Shown in pieces: positions 18,909 through 26,237 of a stretch of 32,000 nt of DNA (position 1 is its first letter; every line of letters starts with the position of its first letter). The DNA lies in assembly GCF_000247565.1 (NCBI RefSeq), contig NC_016893.1:270001-302000 (forward strand), in the 5' to 3' direction. A program made the translations under genes and the position numbers. The notes beneath the pieces are model-generated. The model searched no databases. It was not told the origin of the DNA and was given only the letters and a program-made list of their open reading frames with translations. The DNA comes from Wigglesworthia glossinidia endosymbiont of Glossina morsitans morsitans (Yale colony) (GTDB lineage Bacteria; Pseudomonadota; Gammaproteobacteria; Enterobacterales; Enterobacteriaceae).

Positions 18909-20657
18909 ATGCACGTTTCACAGTTATTGATTAATGAATTATTGATAAAAACAGATATTGTCGATTTAATTCGTACTAAAATTAATTTAAAAAAATCAGG
19001 TAAAGACTATTTTGCACGATGTCCTTTTCATAATGAAAAAACTCCATCTTTTACTGTAAGCCCAGAAAAACAATTTTTTTATTGTTTTGGATGTGGTGTA
19101 CACGGAAATGTAATTGATTTTTTAATTAATTATGATCATTTATCTTTTATTGAATCACTTGAAGTTTTATCATATAAAACAGGAATTAAAATTGATTATG
19201 AAAATAAAAAAAACTTTATAGATAACTGTGAATTAAATCAAAGATTTGAATTATATAAAATAATGAACAAAATTAATACTTTTTATCATAGATCACTGCA
19301 GTATTATACTTTGAATCCAGCAAATACATATCTAAAAAAAAGAGGTTTAAATTTCAAAATAATCCAAGAATTTTCTGTTGGATTTTCTAATCCTAAACAG
19401 ATCAGTTTAAGTCAATATTTTAAAAAATCTCCAAATGATTTATCTCTATTACAAACTTCTGGAATGATTATATGTAAAAATCATGGAAAAATTTTTGATA
19501 GATTTCAAAATCGTATTATGTTTCCTATGAAAAATAGACACGGAAATGTAATAGCTTTTGGAGGAAGAATTTTAAATGATAAAACAACTCCTAAATATTT
19601 AAATTCTCCAGAAACAAAATTATTTAAAAAAAATACTTACTTATATGGATTATATGAAGTAAAAAAAAGAAACTACAGTATTAGTAAGCTCTTGTTAGTA
19701 GAAGGATATTTCGATGTTATTGCACTTACACAATATGGAATTCATTATTCTATTGCTTCTTTAGGCAGTACAACTTCTAAACAAATAGAACTAATATATC
19801 GTACAACAGACACATTAATTTGTTGTTATGATGGAGATTTATCTGGGAAAAAATTAGCATGGCGCACTTTAATAAAAGTATTGCCATATTTATACGATGG
19901 AAAGGAATTATATTTTGTGTTTCTTCCAAACGCAGAAGATCCGGATACTTTAATACGTAAAATAGGAAAAAAAAATTTTGAAAAAATTGTTAATAGCGCC
20001 CAATCTATGTCGACATTATTACTTAATAAATTGCTATCAGAACACAATTTAATACATACTGATGGAAAAATAAAATTTTTAAAATGCATATTGCCATTAA
20101 TTAAAAAAATTCCAGGAAAAAAATTACGTTTATATTTGCGTAAAGAAATAGGATACAAACTAGGTATTTTAGAAGAACATCATTTAGATCAATTTTTATT
20201 TGCTGATAAAAAGAAAAAAATACATGTACAGGCTTCTCGAGATACACAAACAATTATGCATACATTAATAGGATTAATCATTCAATACCCCAAGTTATCA
20301 CAATTAATATCTGAAAATAAAGAAAAAAAATTAAAAAAAATTAATCTGAAATACATTGATTTGTTTATAGAAGTAGTGCAAATTTGCAAACGAAATCTTA
20401 CGATTAATACTGCACAAATATTAGAATATTTTCGAGATACTACATATTATTTTCAACTGAAACAACTAGCAATTTGGAATCATATGATTTCTAAAAATAT
20501 TCTTGAACTAATATTCAATGAAACATTAGCTAGTGCATATAATATGGTATTAATATCTCGACAAAATATGTTAATTACTCGAGCTAGAATACAAGATCTA
20601 AATGATTTAGAACGTAAAGAACTATGGGAAATTAATAAAAAATTAGCAAAAAAATAA
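18909..20657 (+). CDS. dnaG: DNA primase
   Basis: 582 aa with the zinc-ribbon CPFHNEKTPSFTV..EKQF.YCFGCG.HGN.IDF and Toprim motifs EGYFDV and DGDLSG. It lies in the rpsU-dnaG-rpoD operon order. Confidence 0.96.
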   Translation: MHVSQLLINELLIKTDIVDLIRTKINLKKSGKDYFARCPFHNEKTPSFTVSPEKQFFYCFGCGVHGNVIDFLINYDHLSFIESLEVLSYKTGIKIDYENKKNFIDNCELNQRFELYKIMNKINTFYHRSLQYYTLNPANTYLKKRGLNFKIIQEFSVGFSNPKQISLSQYFKKSPNDLSLLQTSGMIICKNHGKIFDRFQNRIMFPMKNRHGNVIAFGGRILNDKTTPKYLNSPETKLFKKNTYLYGLYEVKKRNYSISKLLLVEGYFDVIALTQYGIHYSIASLGSTTSKQIELIYRTTDTLICCYDGDLSGKKLAWRTLIKVLPYLYDGKELYFVFLPNAEDPDTLIRKIGKKNFEKIVNSAQSMSTLLLNKLLSEHNLIHTDGKIKFLKCILPLIKKIPGKKLRLYLRKEIGYKLGILEEHHLDQFLFADKKKKIHVQASRDTQTIMHTLIGLIIQYPKLSQLISENKEKKLKKINLKYIDLFIEVVQICKRNLTINTAQILEYFRDTTYYFQLKQLAIWNHMISKNILELIFNETLASAYNMVLISRQNMLITRARIQDLNDLERKELWEINKKLAKK

Positions 20658-20756
20658 AATTTTTAACTGATTTGTATTAAAATTATTTAAAAAATATGTT
20701 TTTAAAATTTTTAAAATTTAATAAAAAATAGTTTATTATTTGAGGTTACATTTTTT

Positions 20757-22577
20757 ATGGAAAAAAATCAACAGTCACAACTAAAGCTACTAGTTACTCG
20801 TGGCAAAGAACAAGGCTATTTGACTTTTTCCGAAGTAAACGATCATTTACCAGAAAACATTTTAGATTCTCATCAAATTGATGATATCATTCAAATGATA
20901 ACAGATATGGGAATTCAAGTTATGGATGAAGCACCTGATCCTGATAATTTACTCCTACCAAATTCAACAGAAAATTTAGACGAAGATGTTGCAGAAGTAG
21001 CAGCTCAAGTTTTATCTAATGTTGAATCAGATTTTGGGCGTACTACAGATCCTGTAAGAATGTATATGCGAGAAATGGGCAGCGTTGAGTTGCTAACTCG
21101 AGAGGGAGAAATTAATCTTGCAAAACGCATTGAAGATGGAATCAATCAAGTTCAATGTTCAGTAGCAGAATATCCCGAAACTATTACTTATCTTTTAAAA
21201 CAATATAATTTTATTTTAAAAGGAGAATTGCGATTATCAGATTTAATTACTGGTTTTATTGATCCTAATATTTCTATGGACGCTGCTGCTATATCTGCTA
21301 CAATAATTTCAGACTTATCAGCAGAAGAAATATCTGTAGATGATCATCATGTTACAGACGAAAACAACATCGATGTAGAATTAGCGCATCAAAAGTTCTT
21401 AGAATTACAACAACAATATGATATTACTTATAATTCTATTCATATACATGGAAGAAATCATGTAAATTCTATTAAAGAAATTACAAAACTTGCAGATTTA
21501 TTTAAACAATTTCGATTTGTACCAAAACAATTTGATTGTTTAGTGCATATTATTCGAGCAGTAATTGCAAAAATTAGGATACATGAAAGACGTATTATGC
21601 AATTATGTGTAAGCGTCGGAAAAATGCCAAAAAAAAGCTTTATTGCTTTATTTACCGGGTGTGAAACCAATGAAAATTGGTTAAAAAAAGCTTTGTCTTT
21701 AAACAAATCTTGGTCAAAAACGCTTAATAAACTATATCATTCTATTTATTTTAGTATTAATAAACTAAAGCTTATAGAAAATGAAACTGGATTAACAATA
21801 AAGCAGGCGAAAGATATTAATCGTCGTATTTCTCTCGGCGAAGAAAAAGCTAAACGTGCAAAAAAAGAAATGGTCGAAGCAAATTTGAGATTAGTAATAT
21901 CTATAGCAAAAAAATATACTAATCGAGGACTACAATTTTTAGATTTAATTCAAGAAGGCAATATTGGATTGATGAAAGCTGTAGATAAATTTGAATATAG
22001 ACGTGGTTATAAATTTTCTACTTATGCCACATGGTGGATTCGACAAGCTATTACAAGATCAATTGCGGATCAAGCACGTACTATTCGAATACCAGTTCAT
22101 ATGATTGAAACAATTAATAAACTAAATAGAATTTCTAGACAAATGTTACAAGAGATAGGTAGAGAACCTACACCAGAAGAACTATCAGAAAAAATGTTTA
22201 TGCCAGAAGATAAAATTAGAAAAGTATTAAAAATTGCTAAAGAACCTATTTCTATGGAAACCCCAATAGGGGATGATGAAGATTCACACTTAGGAGATTT
22301 CATAGAGGATACTTCGTTAGATTTACCCTTAGATTCTGCAACATCTGAAAGTTTGCGTTCAGCCACACATGATGTATTGTCAGGATTAACTCCAAGAGAA
22401 GCAAAAGTATTAAGAATGCGGTTTGGCATTGACATGAGTACGGATCACACTTTAGAAGAAGTTGGAAAACAATTTGATGTTACTAGAGAAAGAATTCGTC
22501 AAATTGAAGCAAAAGCTTTAAGAAAATTACGTCATCCTAGTCGTTCAGAAATTTTACGCAGCTTTTTAGACGATTAA
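20757..22577 (+). CDS. rpoD: RNA polymerase sigma-70 factor RpoD
   Basis: 606 aa. Regions 2-4 are essentially E. coli-like ([77 protein letters not shown]; [33 protein letters not shown]). Confidence 0.98.
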   Translation: MEKNQQSQLKLLVTRGKEQGYLTFSEVNDHLPENILDSHQIDDIIQMITDMGIQVMDEAPDPDNLLLPNSTENLDEDVAEVAAQVLSNVESDFGRTTDPVRMYMREMGSVELLTREGEINLAKRIEDGINQVQCSVAEYPETITYLLKQYNFILKGELRLSDLITGFIDPNISMDAAAISATIISDLSAEEISVDDHHVTDENNIDVELAHQKFLELQQQYDITYNSIHIHGRNHVNSIKEITKLADLFKQFRFVPKQFDCLVHIIRAVIAKIRIHERRIMQLCVSVGKMPKKSFIALFTGCETNENWLKKALSLNKSWSKTLNKLYHSIYFSINKLKLIENETGLTIKQAKDINRRISLGEEKAKRAKKEMVEANLRLVISIAKKYTNRGLQFLDLIQEGNIGLMKAVDKFEYRRGYKFSTYATWWIRQAITRSIADQARTIRIPVHMIETINKLNRISRQMLQEIGREPTPEELSEKMFMPEDKIRKVLKIAKEPISMETPIGDDEDSHLGDFIEDTSLDLPLDSATSESLRSATHDVLSGLTPREAKVLRMRFGIDMSTDHTLEEVGKQFDVTRERIRQIEAKALRKLRHPSRSEILRSFLDD

Positions 22578-22648
22578 AAGCTAGTTATATGAACGCACGT
22601 AAAAATGACTCTTTAAAAAAATTCAAAAAACTGATATATTTACTGTTT

Positions 22649-22721
22649 GGCCCTTTAGCTCAGAGGTAAGAGCAGGCGACTCATAATCGCTTGGTCGCTG
22701 GTTCAAATCCAGCAAGGGCCA
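22649..22721 (+). tRNA. ileX: tRNA-Ile2 (anticodon CAU, lysidine-dependent), ileX-like; no encoded CCA
   Basis: GGCCCTTTAGCTCAGAGGTAAGAGCAGGCGACTCATAATCGCTTGGTCGCTGGTTCAAATCCAGCAAGGGCCA is nearly identical to recalled E. coli ileX, including the anticodon stem-loop GGCGA-CTCATAA-TCGCT. It is in the same position downstream of rpoD. A clean 7-bp acceptor stem (GGCCCTT/AAGGGCC) is followed by A then AAA, not CCA. From the anticodon alone, elongator tRNA-Met cannot be fully excluded. Confidence 0.88.
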
Positions 22722-22783
22722 AAATTATAATAATTTTAAAGATTATAATTTTAAAATCAAATAAACTAATTTTTTAACAAATT

Positions 22784-23596
22784 TTACATTTCTCTTAAAT
22801 TATAAAAGAAAAAATTTAAGCAATTAGATATCCGTTCTTTTTCGTCTCTATAACATTTAGCCATAAAAGTACGAGTATTAATATTTTCTTGCATTAAAGG
22901 ATCTGATATGACAGATCTCGAAAAGATTACAATATAATTTTTCTTACATTGTTCGCCTTGCATAACTGAAGCAATTTTTGTATTGTAGTCATTTTTTTCT
23001 AATGTTGGAATGGGATGTATAGTATATACTTTGCAAGAATTTACCTGATCAAAAAAATATAATTTTTGATTAAGATCTTGTTTTTGATTAAATATAAAAA
23101 ATAAACCAGTTCCAGTAATAAAAATAAATAAAAAAGCAAAAATTGTCTTATATTTTTGAAATACATGATTTTGAGAAATTAAATTTTTTCCAAAAAAAAT
23201 GTTTCTTTTAAAGTATGATTTATTATTACTGATAAAATCAAACTTTTTGCTATTCTTTATTTCTTTGATAGCAAGTTGATCATTTAGTTTCAAACCTTTT
23301 TTAGGAATAGTTATGATGACTGAAGAATTTAGACCGAGTTTTCTTAATCCTTTTCGAATTAAACTAATTTGTTGATTTAAATTTCCATTTGACGGTTGTA
23401 ATCCGTGTACATGCCAAATGTTTTCAAATAAATGCTCTCTCGAAAGAGGCCCGGAATTTTTACGATATTTAATGAGTTCTTCTAGAACTCTTCCTGCGGA
23501 ATGTGACAATTTAATGAATTTATTTTTTTTACGAAACAAACTCAAATTATATTCTATTGTATCAAAAATTACTAATGAATTGATTATATATTTCAT
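22784..23596 (-). CDS. ToxR/CadC-family membrane-anchored transcriptional regulator: N-terminal OmpR/PhoB-type winged helix, one TM helix, ~100-aa periplasmic domain with 4 Cys
   Basis: A 270-codon open frame is very unlikely by chance in such AT-rich DNA. GGAG lies 6 nt upstream of the ATG. Residues ~25-105 fit the ToxR/CadC wHTH pattern (LSREHLFENIWHVHGLQPSNGNLNQQISLIRKGLRKLG...IITIPKKGLKL versus ToxR ISRNDLHDFVWREQGFEVDDSSLTQAISTLRKMLKD...VKTVPKRGYQL). The single hydrophobic span is IFAFLFIFITGTGLFFIF (~aa 152-169). The wHTH-coding DNA is visibly richer in G+C than the rest of the gene. Confidence 0.8.
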   Translation of the reverse strand: MKYIINSLVIFDTIEYNLSLFRKKNKFIKLSHSAGRVLEELIKYRKNSGPLSREHLFENIWHVHGLQPSNGNLNQQISLIRKGLRKLGLNSSVIITIPKKGLKLNDQLAIKEIKNSKKFDFISNNKSYFKRNIFFGKNLISQNHVFQKYKTIFAFLFIFITGTGLFFIFNQKQDLNQKLYFFDQVNSCKVYTIHPIPTLEKNDYNTKIASVMQGEQCKKNYIVIFSRSVISDPLMQENINTRTFMAKCYRDEKERISNCLNFFFYNLREM

Positions 23597-23597
23597 C

Positions 23598-23620
23598 GGC
23601 TACTCCATACTCGACTAGCC
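23598..23620 (-). promoter_or_regulatory. Leader of the regulator gene: 5-bp inverted repeat GGCTA/TAGCC enclosing the Shine-Dalgarno GGAG
   Basis: The minus strand reads aGGCTAgtcgagtatGGAGTAGCCgATG. The stem arms are at 23616-23620 and 23598-23602, and GGAG is at 23603-23606 (+ coordinates). About half of these 24 nt are G/C, which is anomalous for intergenic DNA here. Any regulatory role is inferred. Confidence 0.35.
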
Positions 23621-23622
23621 TA

Positions 23623-23654
23623 TCTATTAAGTCTATTTAAGGCGTCTATAAAAG
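23623..23654 (-). repeat. Three tandem ~10-bp direct repeats (+ strand TCTATTAAG / TCTATTTAAG / gcg / TCTATAAAAG) 27-58 nt upstream of the regulator start codon
   Basis: Read directly at 23623-23631, 23632-23641 and 23645-23654. The minus strand reads CTTTTATAGA-cgc-CTTAAATAGA-CTTAATAGA. Confidence 0.6.
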
Positions 23655-24748
23655 TAACAATTAAATTTATCTAAATGCATTAAAATGAATATATTTAATA
23701 AGCATTAAAATATTTAAAAAATTAATTATTACATTATTAATATAAAATTTTTTATTTTTAATAAATTAAACAAAATATTTGTTAAACTTTAAAATATTTT
23801 TAATGCATTAATAATGAATAAATTTTTAAAAAATTTATATCAATATATTTTTTTTATATTTGTAATTAAAATTTTTTTATAATTCAAAATAAATTTCAAT
23901 TGTATTATAATTAAATTATAATAATTTATTTTTTAAAAATTTAATTATAAAAAAAATTTTATTATTCAGATATTTATTTTAACTTTCTTAAGTTTTAATA
24001 TTTTTATTTTATTTATTAAATATAGTATATTTTTTTTGATCTAAAGATTTTATCTTTTTAAGATTGAATTATTGTTTTTTTAAAATATAAATAATGTTTG
24101 ATGAAATATTCCAATTATTTTATTTAATTTTTCAAAAAAAATTTTTTAAATTAAATATATTTTTTATTATATCATATATAAAAAAAAGTTGAAATATATT
24201 TCATTTTAAAATATCAAATATCATAATACAACTATTATTTTAATCATAAACAGAGATTTAATTTTTTTAATATTTATATATTAAAATATTTTTTTGAGAA
24301 ATCATTTTTTATTTTAATTCAATAAAAATAAATTTTTTTTAATATTAACTATTAAACAATATAAATTATATGTATAATATATGCAGTTTTTTATAATATA
24401 GTAAATAAGTTATTATTTATTAACTTTATTAGTTTGTTTTATTAGTAATTTAAATAAAATTATTAACATACTTATATAAAGTATAATCATATATTTTATA
24501 TAAAATAATTTTTAATATTTTATATAAAAAAAAATTATTAATTTAATACATAAATTTATTTTTTATATAAAAATTTGTAATAAAAATATAAATTTTTTTG
24601 AAATATGCAATCTAAATAATTAATAATAATTCATTTTGTATAAAAGTTTTATTAAAAAAATTAAGCATATTAAATTTAAATTTAATTAAAATAATTTTTA
24701 CATTAAAAAATCAATTTTTTATATTAGAAAACTAAAAAATTTAAATTG

Positions 24749-25222
24749 CTAAATAAAAATTTTTAATATTATAATCGAATATATTCCTGCAACAATATCG
24801 TCTAGAATAATTCCAAAACCATTTAAAATATTTTTATGAATAATTCGAATAGGATAAGGTTTCCAAACATCAAAAACGCGAAAAACTATAAATTCAGTAA
24901 TTATATCGTAATAACTATTTTCATGATAAAAAAATAAAATTATCCACATACCAATAAATTCATCTAATACAATACATGGATGATCGTGACATCTTAAATC
25001 TTGAGCAGTTTTGTCACAAAAATATACTGCTAGTAAAAAAAAAATAAATACTATACTCCAATGATATTGAAAAAAAATATAAATATAATTCCATATAAAA
25101 ATTGCAACTACTGAAGCAATTGTTCCCGGAAAATGAGAAATTAAACCGACTCCAAATCCTGTAGCTAAAAAATGTATAGGATTACATATATTAAATTTTA
25201 AATCTTTTTTATTTATTTGCAT
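24749..25222 (-). CDS. pgpA: Phosphatidylglycerophosphatase A
   Basis: 157 aa with HFLATGFGVGLISHFPGTIASV, DHPCIVLDEFIGMWI, FRVFDVWKPYPI and ILDDIVAGIYS, all matching E. coli PgpA. It is the last gene of the ribD-ribH-nusB-thiL-pgpA block. Confidence 0.93.
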   Translation of the reverse strand: MQINKKDLKFNICNPIHFLATGFGVGLISHFPGTIASVVAIFIWNYIYIFFQYHWSIVFIFFLLAVYFCDKTAQDLRCHDHPCIVLDEFIGMWIILFFYHENSYYDIITEFIVFRVFDVWKPYPIRIIHKNILNGFGIILDDIVAGIYSIIILKIFI

Positions 25223-25233
25223 AATATAAAATA

Positions 25234-26231
25234 CTAAAAATGTTGATATGCTGAATTGTTATTTATAATATTTGAATATTTTCCTATTAACTGTAATCCT
25301 ATTTTTTTTGAACAAATTTCTCCGATACAAGTTAAAATGATACCTGTTTTTTTTAATAAAAATTTTAGTTCTTTTTTTTTTTTTTAGGAATTGTAAAACA
25401 TAATTCATAATCTTCGCCGCCATATAAAGCAAATGATACAGCGCGTTTATATTCAACGTTTTTTAACAAATATGATGATATTGGCAAATTATCTAAATAA
25501 ATTTTTGCCCCACATTGACTACTATTCAATATATTTTTTAAATCTATTATAGTACCATCAGAAATATCACAAGCAGCATTAACAAGATGTCTTAAAATAA
25601 TGCCTTCGTTAACTCTTGGAATAGGGCGTATGTGTCGATTAATCAAATAATTTCTGCTTTTCTTATCTGTAATACGCAAATTATTCATCAAAATTGATAA
25701 TCCTGCTGCGCTATCTCCTAAAGTACCTGTAACGTATATAAGATCTTTAATTTTAGCACTATAACGGGACATTTTAATATTGTTATTTTTTGGAATTATT
25801 CCTTGAGCAGTTATAGTAATACTTAATGGACCTTTATTTAAATCCCCACCTATTAATTTTACGTTAAATATATTTAAATTATGAAATAATCCTCGGCTAT
25901 ATTTAGATATCCATAATTCGTTAATAAATGGTATAGTAAGAGACAATAAAATCCATTTAGGAGATGCACCCATAGCTGCAAGATCGCTTAAATTGACTGA
26001 TACAGATTTATAGCCTAAATCAAATGGATGAATTTTTTCTAGAAAATGTGTATTTAATACTAAAGTATCCATAGTGATAACTATATAAGATGCAGCATGA
26101 ATTATTGCACAATCATCACCAATTTTAGATTTAATATATTTGTTTTTTTTATTAAATTTATTAAAATATTTATTAATAATGTATTTTTCTTTCTTGTTAT
26201 AATTTTTTTTTTCTTGAAATTTTATGTTCAT
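25234..26231 (-). pseudogene. thiL: Thiamine-monophosphate kinase, frame broken by a 1-nt shift in an A14 tract near the 3' end
   Basis: ORF 25365..26231 matches ThiL up to GGEDYELCFTIP, then runs into A14 and stops (KKKKKN*). My translation of a shifted frame directly after the tract gives ELKFLLKKTGIILTCIGEICSKKIGLQLIGKYSNIINNNSAYQHF*. This aligns with the E. coli ThiL C-terminus ([24 protein letters not shown]...WKGYDHF). A15 or A12 would give about 332 codons (E. coli 325). The restored stop is at 25234-25236, 11 nt before the pgpA start. Confidence 0.85.
25372..25385 (-). repeat. A14 homopolymer (T14 on + strand) at the thiL frameshift site
   Basis: Counted directly in 'agttcttttttttttttttagg'. 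Confidence 0.9.
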
Positions 26232-26237
26232 AAATAT

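Larger units (their letters stand above)
23597..24748. other. 1.15-kb ORF-free, extremely AT-rich spacer between pgpA and the ToxR-like gene
   Basis: The six-frame track has no ORF of 60 aa or more here. G/C is only scattered after the first ~60 nt. It is the longest non-coding stretch in the window by more than two-fold. Confidence 0.9.

Noticed and set aside
19826-22435. Minus-strand ORFs 19826..20158, 21458..21706 and 22097..22435 inside dnaG and rpoD
   Set aside because: They are antisense to highly conserved genes and have no homology.
23418-23618. 66-aa plus-strand ORF overlapping the 5' part of the ToxR-like gene
   Set aside because: It is antisense to the region encoding the conserved wHTH. 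The minus-strand frame has the family match, an SD and a 270-codon length.
24094-24192. 32-codon ORF (MFDEIFQLFYLIFQKKFFKLNIFFIISYIKKS) in the middle of the 1.15-kb spacer, a possible small membrane peptide
   Set aside because: It has no Shine-Dalgarno and no recognisable homology. Hydrophobic F/I/L/K-rich strings are the default translation of AT-rich DNA. It cannot be supported without conservation or expression data.
23597-24748. The idea that the hyper-AT spacer is the replication origin (some such symbionts lack dnaA, so their origins are undefined)
   Set aside because: Flanking genes converge toward this area rather than diverge from it. I saw no DnaA-box-like or iteron arrays beyond the weak AATGCATT repeats. 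It is not testable without whole-genome skew, so I kept it only as a check under the spacer finding.
22722-24748. The idea that the ToxR-like gene plus spacer is a tRNA-integrated genomic island with att repeats
   Set aside because: I found no copy of the tRNA 3' end (..GGTTCAAATCCAGCAAGGGCCA) or any fragment of it at the far boundary, and no integrase remnant. The position next to the tRNA is suggestive only.
25259-25456. 65-aa ORF (MNINALYHLLYMAAKIMNYV...) at the thiL/pgpA boundary
   Set aside because: It is an out-of-frame read across the thiL 3' region and the A14 tract. The true ThiL C-terminus is in the third frame, so this is not an independent gene.
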